64,000 bases of DNA from positions 58,716,001 through 58,780,000 of the forward strand of contig NC_058368.1 in the NCBI RefSeq assembly GCF_018350175.1, given 5' to 3'. The notes below the pieces were generated by a model. That model saw only the letters and a program-made list of their open reading frames with translations. It searched no databases and was not told the DNA's origin. The stretch comes from Felis catus (lineage: Eukaryota). Positions within the stretch are counted from its first letter, which is position 1. Each line of letters starts with the position of its first letter. Position numbers and translations under genes: made by a program. Below, piece after piece: positions 50,409 to 62,102 of this stretch.

Positions 50409-52520
50409 GTCAATATTTAATTATTTGTGATCAGAGCCAAAAACAAGCAAACAAACAAAAAACAAAACAAAACAAAAACACCAGACTTCTGATGGGGTAG
50501 GAAAGCTACGTAATTCTTATTATCTTGTAAAAGAAACAATATATGCTATTCAAAGAAAAGTATCATTTTTGCTCAGAGAAACTTTCTAAGTCCAAAGTGA
50601 CCTTACCCAAGTGGCATTAAATCACAGGTGTAAGTGATGTCTTTAACAGAAAGTTTATAGTAAATCCAGAAGTTCTTTTATATGACCCTTTTCTATGATC
50701 ACCCATGACAAAAGACAAGGAATAGTATTGCAACCACACAGCCTGTTTTCAGTGTGCTCTGTATTTTGGTCTCCGATCTTATTGTCTCTGAAAGGAATAC
50801 ATTGTTTTTCCATATTTAAATGAAGGAACTATGCTATTCCTCATATTTCTATACTTTTATTTCCTAGTTTTAATTATAACTTAATAAAGTTTGCTTAACC
50901 TTATGACAATGATTTTTTCTCCAGCTCTTTTTCCCCCAAGTCATACATTACATACTCTACATCTTTTTAATGTATAGATTTAGTTCCCTCAGAAAGGCAT
51001 TTTCAAAAAGAAATAATACTTCAAATGGTACAATATAAGATGTCCAATATTTCAAACATGAAATAGCATAGCTAAAAGGATAATATAAAAGTAAATCAAC
51101 TAAGATATTAAGAACAATGCAAACATTCTGACAACTCATACAAATTATCCATTACTAGTGTCTATCTGGATTTCATCTCTCAAAGTACACTGTCTATTTC
51201 TAAAACTGTCACATAAAGATTTGATTTAAATTTTTGAAATCTCTTTAATCAAATGACAGGCAAAGATAATTCTTTAGGTTTTAGTGCAGCCATAAATGGT
51301 GCCAAAGTCTAAGAAATTGTTCGTCACAATTAGAAGCAAAATCGCCCTGTTTCTTAGTTTAGCTTTATGTATATCCAAGCTCTTTTTCTACCCAAATGTG
51401 GGTGCTAACATCTGATTTAAATTTGAATCTTTGTGCAGTTGATATATGGGGCATAGAGGGAGATCTAGTGGTGTGGGGCTTGAGAATTATAATTTATTTT
51501 CAGGCTGCTGTAAATTTAGCCGGGGAAGTGATTCACAATGTGGTATTCCAGAAAAAATAAAATAAAATTCTGGATAGATAGACCACCTTAAAGAGTACTC
51601 AATCTGAAAAAGATGGCAGAGTGGGATGTCTAGATATAGCAGTTATATGTGGGTTTTTTGTTCCTGTTTTTTTGTTCCTGTTTTATTTTATTATTATTTT
51701 TTTAAGGAAAGCTATGGGATTGGGAAGCAGAACACAGAGTAATCATTTTTTTTTAGAATGGCTTGACTAAAGAGAAATCTAAGAAAACATGCCTTTGACT
51801 TAGAGCATAGAGATCAGTTAAAGCACAGACACTATAAAGTAAAGGGATGGGAGGAGGGAATCTTTATTCTGAAACCTCAGCGAGAGTAAGCAGGAATAGG
51901 TTCTCAAAACTCATATAGAAAATGGATTATTTCCAGCTTCAGAGCTGATGATATCTTGGCTATATCTTCAAATCAGGCTATGCCTAGATGATTTGATAAG
52001 CTTCAGCCTTTATACCTAGAAAATATGTTTCAATAATAGTTTATTTAATTCAAAGTTGTTGGTATTGCTTAACAACATATTTAGAGTAATTAATTTAAAC
52101 TACATTTCCCAATAAAACATAGAAAGCAAAGCTAAAATTATTTTGCTTTTTGGAGTAAAAAGAAGAAAGAATGAATATGCACAATGGGGGCAGGGGAAAG
52201 TAAGTGTAAGAAACACCAGTAAACAAATTCTAAGTCTTCCTCATACTAACTTTCAATCATTTATGGTTTGCTCAGCTTGCAATTTCTTTTTCTCCTTCTT
52301 TTGTATTTAAAGCAGACTAATGAGAAGTGCCACAGTAAGATATACAGCAGTTTGTATTTATTTACCATATAACTATTCATCAGTAATGTTATTTCACTGG
52401 TCATCACACTTTCGAAGCAGGGAAAAATAGGTTGGCATAGAAACAACAGAATAATTTGCATTTCAAGGTGGAATTATCAGAAAGTTTAAATTACACGAGG
52501 ATTCCCCCTATTTTATACCT

Positions 52521-52920
52521 TTTTTTTTTTTAAACTAAGTCCTGGGGGTGGCTCAGTCGATTTTGCAACCAACTTTTGATTTTGGTTCAGGTCATGATCC
52601 CAGTGCTCTGCACTCTACAGTGAGCTTGGAGCCTGAGTTTCTCTCCCTCTCTCTCTCTCTCTGTCTGCCTCTCTCTCGCACTCATAGGCTCTCTCTCCCT
52701 CTCTCTCTAAAATAAATAAACAAACAAATAAAGTCCTATTTTTACATTTTACTTATTATTTTGTGAGATTGAGAGAAAGAGTGGGGTAGGGGCAAAGGGA
52801 GAGAGAGAATCTGAAGCAGGCTCCATGCCCAGTGCAGAGCCCAATCTCATTACCCTGAGATTATGACCTGAGCTGAAATCAAGAGTCGGTGGCTTAACCG
52901 ACTTAGCCACCCAGGCACCC
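52521..52920 (-). mobile_element. Can-SINE whose tail is interrupted by an opposite-strand SINE
   Basis: Body 52738-52920; residual poly-T 52520-52531. TSD cc(c/t)tattt(t/c)atac(c/t)t at 52506-52520 and 52922-52936. Confidence 0.85.
52544..52730 (+). mobile_element. Can-SINE
   Basis: TSD aagtcct at 52537-52543 and 52731-52737. Confidence 0.9.
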
Positions 52921-53066
52921 TCCTTATTTCATACTTCAAAATATGGCATTTTTACCATATTTTTTTTACCATACTTTAAAATTCTGGTATGCTATGAACA
53001 TTAACTTAAAAAAACAACAACTTGGTTTCAATATATTAGAAAAGGAATACAGTTTTCTAAGGATCA

Positions 53067-53252
53067 GGGGCACCTGGGAGGCTCCGTCGGTTAAGGTCCA
53101 GCTCAAGTCATGATCTCACGGTTCATGGGTTGGAGCCCTGGGAAGGACAATGTGCTGTTGCAGAGCCTCCTTGAAATCCTCTGTCTCCCTCTCTCTCTGC
53201 CCCTCCCCTGCTCACATGTTCTCTCTCTCTTTCAAAAATAAACATTAAAAAA
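53067..53252 (+). mobile_element. Can-SINE
   Basis: ggggcacctgggaggctccgtcggttaagg head, CT region and tail. Confidence 0.92.
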
Positions 53253-55171
53253 ATTATAAAAGTTTATGATTGAATAGAGCAGCATTATATATTTTTCTGA
53301 AGTAACTTTGAACCCTCCTGTAATAAAAATGTTGTGTGTGTAATGTGTTCATGAACATAATTGTTAGATATGATTTATTGCGGAAGACTAATTGCATTCT
53401 TTTATGTCATCATCAGTCAGTGTCTGAAGGTGGCTAAATGTGAGCTTGTTTTACTATATTCCTATTAAGAGAGTATTGAAATCCAAGTTCATTCCCTACT
53501 GTGGGTGACAATATTATATTATCAGGAAAAAGAACAAATATCTGCATTATTTCATTTTTTCTGACTTCTGACACTGCAAATACTGTTTTGTTTTTCAGTC
53601 ATTAATGCACATTTGTATCACATTATATGAAAACCTATCTTTCAAGTTATTAGTATTTGATAAAGCAAAGTTTAATACATTACAAGGCCCTGTATTTATA
53701 GAAACAGTGCCTTTAGGCAAATGCCACACACAATATTCTTTTAATGAAAAGAACAAAGTTTATAATGCATGCTTTTTGTGACAATTTTATTTAGATTTAA
53801 TATATCAAGATTTAGTAAATTGGGCCATGCTACTTGTAAAGAAAAGAAGACATTTGAGAGCCAGTGGTTATCTTTATAACCATTTTTTTTATTCTTTTTC
53901 TGACGGACTTCTATTTTTCTGACTCATTTTGAGTATTATTATAACAAAAACTTTTGGTTTGCACTTTTTAAAACAATCAACATTTAAAAGCAACTTCTAT
54001 TTCACAAACCATTCTGCATTAAAACTAGTTTGTTTTCTTCTCCAGTGTCCTGAAACAGAAACAATTTCATTAAAAACACCTTTTATTTGAAATAACTCCA
54101 TAGCAACAATTCGCTGACTCTCCAATATACAAAAATATTACACTATACCACAGGTGTTGAAAAATTAATGTTACAGAATCTTTGAATTTCATCAGCTAAA
54201 TTCCCAACTATTCCTGTTAATATGCTTTTCTCCTAAGGCAATTTTACATTTGCACAATAATTATAATAAGAGATTATGCACATAATTTGTAGTTTATCTT
54301 ATAGGAATTATTTGCGTATATAAATATAAGTATACCTTTATATTACTAATATTTCTAATGTTTCCACGAGGAAGGAAATGAGTTAAGAAATCTACATGAA
54401 ATCAAAGTACTAGAAGGAAATATTCTTCCTGCAAACATTTACTGGACACCTAATGTGTGCAATAACCTGAGATATAATCTTTGTTCAAGACTGCTCAAAC
54501 TCACTCTAGAATTACATCATCAGGGCAAAGATGCAATCTCAAATGTTTACAATGTCAATACTGTGTTCATGTATCAATGTGATTGCCAGGGTGTAGGTCA
54601 AATTAGAGTAAGTTTCTTAGGTAAATCATTGATTTTGGAACCAGAACACCTGAGAAGAACCAAAACAAGGAATAGAAACTCGTGTTTTTGACAGCTCCAA
54701 TTTTTCATATTATTCCAATATTGGAACATAGCCTTTAATCCTTTCCATATTAAGCATTTATTGTTCACTTTACTAGTTTTCCTACAACTAACTTTTGTTT
54801 TTAGATTTCATATACTGGCACTGAATCTCGCAGGAACTAGATCCCAAGATAAGAAAGATATTTTATACATTAATTTTGTTTTACATGAGAGTCCTTGTTT
54901 TGTTAATCATATTTCTTTTCTTCTCATAAATTTTTTGAGAAAGGATATTAAAATTTGGGAAATTAGTTTATCAAACATTGTTTTTTTTTCTCTGCTCTCC
55001 TTCTTAACTGATAATTTAGTTTAAATTAATGACTTAGATAAAAATAATTGATAATTGATCTTAATTGATAATTTAGATTTCTAAATTTAGTATCATATTT
55101 CTTCAGAATTTCAAGGGCAATGATTTAATTTTTCTAACTTCCCAGGTTGTTGTTTATAAAGAATTATTACT

Positions 55172-55345
55172 GAGGCACCTGGGTGGCTCAGCTAGTTAAG
55201 GGTCCAACTTTGACTCTTGATATCAGGGTTGGTGAGTTTGACCCCATGTCAGGCTCTGCGCTGACAGCTGGGAGCCTCTGCCCCTCCCCCTCTCATACTC
55301 TGTCTCCCTCTCTCTCTCTCAAAAATAAATAAACATTTTTTTATA
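55172..55345 (+). mobile_element. Can-SINE
   Basis: TSD aaagaatt(a/g)ttact at 55158-55171 and 55346-55359. Confidence 0.93.
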
Positions 55346-55424
55346 AAAGAATTGTTACTATGTATACATTATTCACCTCTATCCCCCTATTCAAGGTTTT
55401 GAGTTTTTTGCTTATTTTCAGTCA

Positions 55425-55745
55425 TCTGAAATTTCACAGTAATATACCCTGCTGAGTGTCTGCTTTTATTTATATTGCTAGACACTCACTGAAGACTCGG
55501 AAACCTATGTTCTTCAGCTTGGGGATTGTTTTGTTTTCTTCCTTATCACTGTTTTTTCCTGAAGTTAATATTATTTGGATTTTACACTTCTTAAAATATA
55601 ATTAAAAAAATCATCTCTCTTTTCTGTTCTTTTTTTTCTTTTGGTTCTTTTCTCAAGTATTTCTTCAACTTAGTTCACATTTTTTAAAAATTCTCTGCAT
55701 TGATTCTGTTCTGTTCAAGTTTCTTTTATATGCTTATTTGTTTTC
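55425..55745 (-). mobile_element. Ancient L1 (L1M) ORF1-region fragment
   Basis: tctgaaatttcacagtaatataccctg...ttgctagacactca...ggaaacctatgttcttcagcttgggga, T-rich antisense L1. Confidence 0.5.
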
Positions 55746-55764
55746 ATCTCCACTTTTTAATTAT

Positions 55765-55876
55765 TATTTCATTAAACTTTTTAAAAAAGTAATCACAACC
55801 CCCAGGGTGGAACTTTGAGCTCACAATCCCAAGATCAAGAGTTGTATACTCTACCACCTGAGCCAACCAGGTGCCC
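55765..55876 (-). mobile_element. Short Can-SINE (tRNA-Lys-like head only, no CT region)
   Basis: Minus strand reads gggcacctggttggctcaggtggtagagtatacaactcttgatcttgggattgtgagctcaaag...gattactttttaaaa. Confidence 0.85.
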
Positions 55877-57237
55877 TTCCTCCTCATTTTTTAATGTTTC
55901 TTTAAATATTTTGAGATCATTGGCTATGTATTACTATGTGTAAGACACCAAATGTTAAAGAAATGACCTGATATTTCTTCTAGAGATCTGCAAATGTCTA
56001 ATTATAGATAACTTGGGGGTGTCAATTTCTCCAGACAATAATCTAATTATCAATCTGGAAGGTGTACGTCTTGATGTTGATGTCCTGGGAGCATAGCAGA
56101 AGTAGGGAAAGAATGGTCCTCATGTTGAATTTATTGAATTTCAACAAGGTAACTAACCGCTACCTTCAACTGGACCTGGTGCCCAGATTCTGTTTGTTTC
56201 AACCTTCCAAAAAATAAACCTCTGGTGTGGACTGGAAGGGGATAATGGTTAGTGGCCTAAGGTAAGATATGGGCAAAGGAGTCTCTGGCTCCTTCTGAAG
56301 GCATAGCACCAGTTTTTCTGTACTGGCTACGTGGTCTTCCTGCACGGATTACAGGTATTCTGTGTCTCTTGTTATGAACTTTTGTGAGGGGAGGTTCTAA
56401 AGAGAAAATTCTTTGCCTCTTGTTAATTTCTTTCACTCCAGCTTTAGATTTCAACTTTACGTTAATTCCAATAGTCTATAACCTACCAGTTTATAAAAAA
56501 ACAAAAATGTTTGTCTTTGTTTATTCGACTGAGCGAAGATAAACATTTGTGCCTATTATGCCACGTTTTGTATGGACAGTTGTGTTTCTTATTTATTTTG
56601 AAACAATTTTTAATCTTTGTACACCTCTAATGTTACCTCCAGATCCACTTCTCAGGCTTGTGCCGTATTTAAAAACTTGTCTTCCTATGCAGGTCACTAG
56701 AATTGACTTGTTTTTATTCTCAATATTTTAATTAGTTTAGTCATTAATTTAATAGGTCACACACATTTGGATATTATTTTATTATTTCAATGAATTGATT
56801 TGCCATAGGCATATCTCTGAAAAACTTTGCATATGATTAAACTCAAAACCCAGAAATAAATCCTTTAGAGGTTATTTTAATAATTTTATCTAAGAAGTCT
56901 TAAAAAATGTGTCTATCTAATTTTAACCCCTTCCTTTGGCCCTGTATGAAGCCACACCAAATTTCACTCAATCATTGCTTTAAACAGTTAGAGCTGAACT
57001 GAATCTTTGGAAAGGCTCATCTCATTCTCAAGTTTTTACTGCAGTAACCAGACCAAATATTATAAAAGATGGATGTTACAAAGTTACCATGCTTAAGGGA
57101 AGTTTGTTTCATATTTAGACACCTTGAACCACTGCAATACCTTATTTATTAAGGAGAGGGGTAAGTCAAATGTGAAGGCAGTGAAACCAATAGCATTATA
57201 TTTTTGCATTGCCTACACAATTTGAGAGGGTCTAGAG

Positions 57238-57400
57238 CAGAGATTGGGAAATTATATACTGTGGGTCAAATATTCTCTGCCCCTTATTTTTGTAGATAAC
57301 TCTATTAGAATATGTCCTTGTTCATTCCTTTTATTTGCATCGTATTTCATGATGTTATAATAAGTATCAAATTAAAATCAATTGCCAGAGAATGATAAAA
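57238..57400 (+). mobile_element. MER58-like hAT-Charlie fragment
   Basis: gtctagag target followed by cagagattgggaaatta...tgtgggtcaaat...tttttgtagataactctattagaa. Confidence 0.55.
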
Positions 57401-57641
57401 GTAATTATTAAATTTGTGTAGCTCTTGTATGAATTAGTAGAATATGCCAACTGAAAGGTGTTCCAAGTAAATTTGGGAAAGTAATCCAAAGCCAGTGTGA
57501 TATGAAGGTGATTTTCAAAACAAAATTTTGTGGTAAAAAGAGAGAAAGAGAGACAAGATAGGCATAAGAGCTGCTATATAGAGAGCATTTTGTGGAAAAA
57601 GAAAAAGCAATCAAAAAGAAATTTAAACTTTTTGCTGTACC

Positions 57642-57855
57642 GGGGCGCCTGGGTGGCTCAGTCGGTTGAGCATCCGACTTCGCCTCAGGTCATTATCTCG
57701 CGGTTTGTGAGTTTGAGCCCCGCGTCAGGCTCTGTGGTGACAGCAGAGCCTGGAGCCTGCTTGGGATTCTGTGTCTCCCTCTCTCTGCCCCTCCCCTGCT
57801 CATGCTCTGTCTCTCTCTCTCTCTCTGTCAAAAATAAAAATAAACATTAAAAAAA
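57642..57855 (+). mobile_element. Can-SINE
   Basis: TSD tttgc(t/c)gtacc at 57631-57641 and 57858-57868. Confidence 0.96.
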
Positions 57856-57943
57856 TATTTGCCGTACCATGTATGATGTAATCTTACTAACTAAACTCAT
57901 CCTCTACATTATATAGCACTTTAAAGATTGATGCTTTTTTATT

Positions 57944-58168
57944 GGGGCGCCTGGGTGGCGCAGTCGGTTAAGCGTCCGACTTCAGCCAGGTCACGATCTC
58001 ACGGTCCGTGGGTTCGAGCCCCGCGTCGGGCTCTGGGCTGATGGCTCAGAGCCTGGAGCCTGTTTCCGATTCTGTGTCTCCCTCTCTCTCTGCCCCTCCC
58101 CTGTTCATGCTCTGTCTCTCTCTGTCCCAAAAATAAATGAACGTTGAAAAAAAAATTAAAAAAAAAAA
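57944..58168 (+). mobile_element. Young felid Can-SINE (SINEC_Fc-type)
   Basis: Near-consensus. 20-bp TSD aaagattgat(g/a)cttttttat at 57923-57942 and 58169-58188. Confidence 0.97.
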
Positions 58169-58722
58169 AAAGATTGATACTTTTTTATAAAATTCATATA
58201 TTTTATGCTGACGACTGTTTCACCAGGCAAAATGGGCAAACAGAAATTACTCTTGTTGTGATACTACTTTGAAAATTAAGGGAGATAGCATGAATTCTGG
58301 ATACTCAACTCTGTTGAAACTAATGGTGGGAGAATTTAAGAGCTGGGGTGAAGAAATTGAGACCACATATGTGTTCACTAATTGGCTTTACCCAAAGGAA
58401 AAGTAAACTTTCTTCTGTCTCCATGACAATAGATAGTTTTAATATGTTGGACCACAGGCCAAGGAAGCTAGGCTCCCAGGTTTCCACAGAGATTAGAAGA
58501 TGGGGAACTACCTTCCTTGATGATTACATTTGAAAGAGATGGCTCCCAGGTCCTTGAGAAAGGTAGTTCCAGGTTGTAAATCTAGCAGAAGTCCTTTTAA
58601 AAGATTTTAAAAGATTTACATCTCAAACGGAAAGAAAAAGAATTTGCAATTGAAAGTTTCCTAAAGTAAATGCTCTTTAGAAAAGGGACGTGAGACACCT
58701 AGAGTCAAGAAGAAGTCTGTGT

Positions 58723-59715
58723 ATTTTTATGCTTTTGCATGTAGATATCCAGTTTCCTCGACACCATTTGTTGAAGGTAATAGCCTTTCTCCATTGCATG
58801 TTCTTGGCAACCTTGTCAAAGATCAGTTAGTGTAGCGGCGTCTCGGTGGCTCAGTCAGTTAAGCGTCTGACTTCAGCTCAGGTCACGATCTTGCGTTCCG
58901 TGAGTTGAAGCCCTGCGTAGGGCTCTGGGCTGATGGCTCAGAGCCTGGAGCCTACTTCTGGTTCTGTGTCTCCCTCTCTCTCTGCCCCTCCCCTGTTCAT
59001 GCTCTGTCTCTTTCTCTGTCTCAAAAATAAATAAACGTTAAAAAAAAAAAAGATCAGTTAGTTTATATGCATGAACTTATTTCGGGACTTTCCTTTTTGT
59101 TCCATTGATTTACATGTTTGTTTTTATGCTAGTAGAATGCTGTTTTGAATGCTATAGCTTTCTAATATATTTTGAAATCAAGAAGTGTGATGACTCTAGC
59201 TTTGTTCCTTCTCAGGATTGATTTAGCTATTCATGGTCTTTGGTTATTCCACATGAATTATAGAATTTTTTTCTATTTCTATAAAAATGCCATCAGCATT
59301 TCATAGAGATGGCACTGAACTTGGAGATCACTTTGACTAATATGGACGTTTCAACAATATTGTCTTCCATTCACAAACAAAAGATGTCTTTCCATTTGTG
59401 TCTTATTTAATTTCTTTCATCAGTGTTTGTAGTTTTCAGTATATAAGTCTTTCACCTCCTTGGTCAAATTTATTCTTATGTATTTTATTCTTTTTGGTGC
59501 TATTGTAGGTGGGATTATCTTCCCAATTTCCTTTTCGTATAATTCTTGCTAGTGTAGCAACACAACGATTTTTTTTAGGTTGATTTTTTTATCTTCCAAA
59601 TTCACTGAACTTATTAGTTCTAACCATTTTTTTTTAGAATCTTTAGGATTTTCTATTTATAAGACTATGCTGTATGCAAACAGGGACAATTTTACTTCTT
59701 CCTTTCTGATCTGGA
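58723..59715 (-). mobile_element. Inverted 5' segment of a twin-primed L1 (ORF2 RT to C-terminal region)
   Basis: Antisense ORF2 from ttttgcatgtagatatccagttt to gcaaacagggacaattttacttcttcctttctgatctgga. Confidence 0.9.
58835..59048 (+). mobile_element. Can-SINE inserted in the inverted L1 segment
   Basis: TSD aaagatcagttagt(g/t)ta at 58818-58834 and 59049-59065. Confidence 0.96.
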
Positions 59716-60950
59716 CTCCCTTCATCCTATACCATATGTAAAGGTGGACTCAAAATGGATGAAAGACCTCAAAGTATGAACTGGATCTGTAAAACTCTTA
59801 GAGGAAAACATAAAGGGACAGCTTCATAACACTGGCTTTGGCAATGATTTCATAGATTTGATACCAAAAGCACAGACAACAAAAACAAAAATAAATGAGA
59901 CTACTTCAATTAAAAACCTTCAGGAGAGTAAAAGATTCAACATAGTGAAAAAAAAAAACAAACAGAATGGGAGAATATATTTGTAAATCATATATCTGAT
60001 AAGGAATTAATGTTAAAAATATAAGGAGCTCCTACAACTCAATTTCGAAAAAAGACTAATACCCTGATTTAAAAATGAACTAAGGACTTAAAAAGATATT
60101 GTTCCAAAGGAAAGCATAAAATGGCCAAGAAATATACAAAAAAGTGCTCAATACCATTAATCATCATGGAGTACAAATCAAAATGACAATGAGATATTAC
60201 TTTACACCTATCAGGATAGCTATTATTAAAAAAAGATGGCAATGCGTGTTGGCAAGGATGTGGAGAAATTGGAACTCTTGCACGCAGTTGGTGGGAATGC
60301 AAGGTGGTGCAGATTCTATGGGACACGGTATGAAAGTTCCTCAAAAAAATTAAAAAAAAAAAAAAAGAACCAAAAAATGATCCAGCAATCCTATGTCTGG
60401 ATATTTAACCAAAAGAACTAAAATCAAGATCTCAAAGAGATATTAGCACTGTGATATTTATTTAAAGCAGCACTACTCACAGCAGTCAAGATACTGAAAT
60501 AACCTAAGTGTTCCGCAAGAGATGAACGGCTAAAGAATTTGTGGTGTATCCATACACTAGAATACTACTCAGTCTTAAAAAAAAAAAAAAAAAAAAAAAG
60601 GAATCCTGCAATATGTGATATCTGGATGAACCGTGAAGGCTTTATGTTAAGTAAGGTAAGCCAATCACAGTAAGAAAAATACTGCATTATTTCACTTATA
60701 TCTAAAATAGTATCTAAAATAGCCAATTTCGTAGAATCTAAAAGGGGAATTGTTGTCACCAGGGCTGCAGGGAGTGAAAAATGAGGCGTTGCTAATCATT
60801 GTGTACAAAGTTTCATTCAAGCAAGATGAATAAGCTCCAGATACCTGCTGTGTAACATTCTACGTATATTCACCAATAATGTATTGTACACTGAAAAGTT
60901 TGTTACAAGAGTAGATCTCATGTCTAGTATTCTTTTTACAAGATATATTT
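59711..60950 (+). mobile_element. Sense 3' segment of the same L1 (ORF2 end plus L1MA/L1MB-type 3' UTR)
   Basis: ctcaaaatggatgaaagacct...gcaagatgaataagctccagatacctgctgt...gtagatctcatgt. Confidence 0.9.
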
Positions 60951-61899
60951 TTTTTAAATCAAAAATCCTGGTCTATAGTTATTCATGTACAAAGGAACAT
61001 TAAAGCCTTCTTTATTAGGGGTTTCACCGGAGTCCAGGCTAGTATCAGTAAGGCTAATATTGGTAAGGCAAATGCTATAAGTGTATACTCCTCATGAGGC
61101 AAAGGCTTTTGGCAGAAGAAATCATCAGGAGACAAATGTTACCAGTTCAATTTTTAAACTATGTAGTCTGTGTAGTCAGGGAGAAAAGGTGGTTCTGAGT
61201 ATTGCACGGTGTGTCTCAGCTGAATCAATTTCCTGCTTAATTGCGCTGGTCTTCTGTCTGGGTAGAAGTAAAGCTGTAAGAACTGTTTCACTTTTTTTTT
61301 TTTTTTTGGTAAAATATTAGAATCTAAACAGAACTCTAGTTTGGTAAATCCTCCTCAGAACACTATGATAAGCTCCATGGATCAAAAGTAGGTGAGGGCA
61401 GAAGGGGCCTTCATGGGTGTTAAACCACAGAAATGTCCAACAGTCGGGCTCCTAGGATTCTATAGTGTACAGAAAAAGAAGAGTGGAGTCCATTAAAGAT
61501 GGTAAAAGTAATAACACCCATCACTATTGGCTGGTGTGTCAGTCTATGTAACAAAACTGTATGGAATAATTAATGAGTCATGCTACTTGTATGCCGATAC
61601 AAGTACCAGTACTTGTAGGATCTGTGGCCCTTGGAAATGAAAACAATTTGTCTTGCTCACAGTGTCTTTGTAGTGAAATGTGGATAATAGTACCTAGGCA
61701 ATAGTCCTTCATGAAAATGCATTTATAGCAAAAGTATTTAGTGGCTAGTATGCGGTCACATCATTCTAAAACTCATTTGATCCCAGAACCACCCAGAAGA
61801 TGGTGTATATATTATCCACATTTATAAATAAGATAATGGAAACCTATGGAACTTAAGTAACACATAAAAGTCACATGGAGATTAAATCTGGCTGTACAG

Positions 61900-62102
61900 C
61901 TGTGCTGTTCCATATATGGACACTACCACATGTGGCTTTATAAGTTGAAATTAATGAAAATTAAATAAAATTAAGTATAATGTCTTTTAGTCAAACTATT
62001 CACATTTCAAGTGCTTCATACACATGTGGCTAATGACTGCCATGTTAGGCAGTGACGATAGAACATTTCTGTCTTTTCAGAAAGTTTTGGTGGACAGCAC
62101 TG
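61900..62102 (-). mobile_element. MER3-like hAT-Charlie element
   Basis: ctgtgctgttcca...cacatgtggc...cacatttcaagtgct...agaaagttttggtggacagcactg; reverse homologue of 564-996. Confidence 0.85.

Larger units (their letters stand above)
58313..61017 (-). mobile_element. ERV1 solo LTR (MER67-like) in two pieces, 58313-58722 and ~60960-61017, split by an L1
   Basis: gatgattacatttgaaagagatggctcccaggtccttgagaaag...cctagagtcaagaagaagtctgt, continuing after the L1 as gtctatagttattca...ggaacattaaagcc. Confidence 0.65.

Noticed and set aside
51455..51475. CTCF-like ccactagat motif on the minus strand; also an M-box gtcatgtgac at 3793-3802
   Set aside because: The CTCF core is mismatched, and single short motifs are expected by chance in 64 kb.
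55765..55876. tRNA-Lys-like sequence as a tRNA gene
   Set aside because: It has a Can-SINE head and A-rich tail with diverged stems, so it is a short SINE.
732..57850. Recurrent ORFs with RGAWVAQSV / EPGACFRFCVSLS / FNVYLFLRERE peptides
   Set aside because: These are translations of Can-SINEs, not a gene family.
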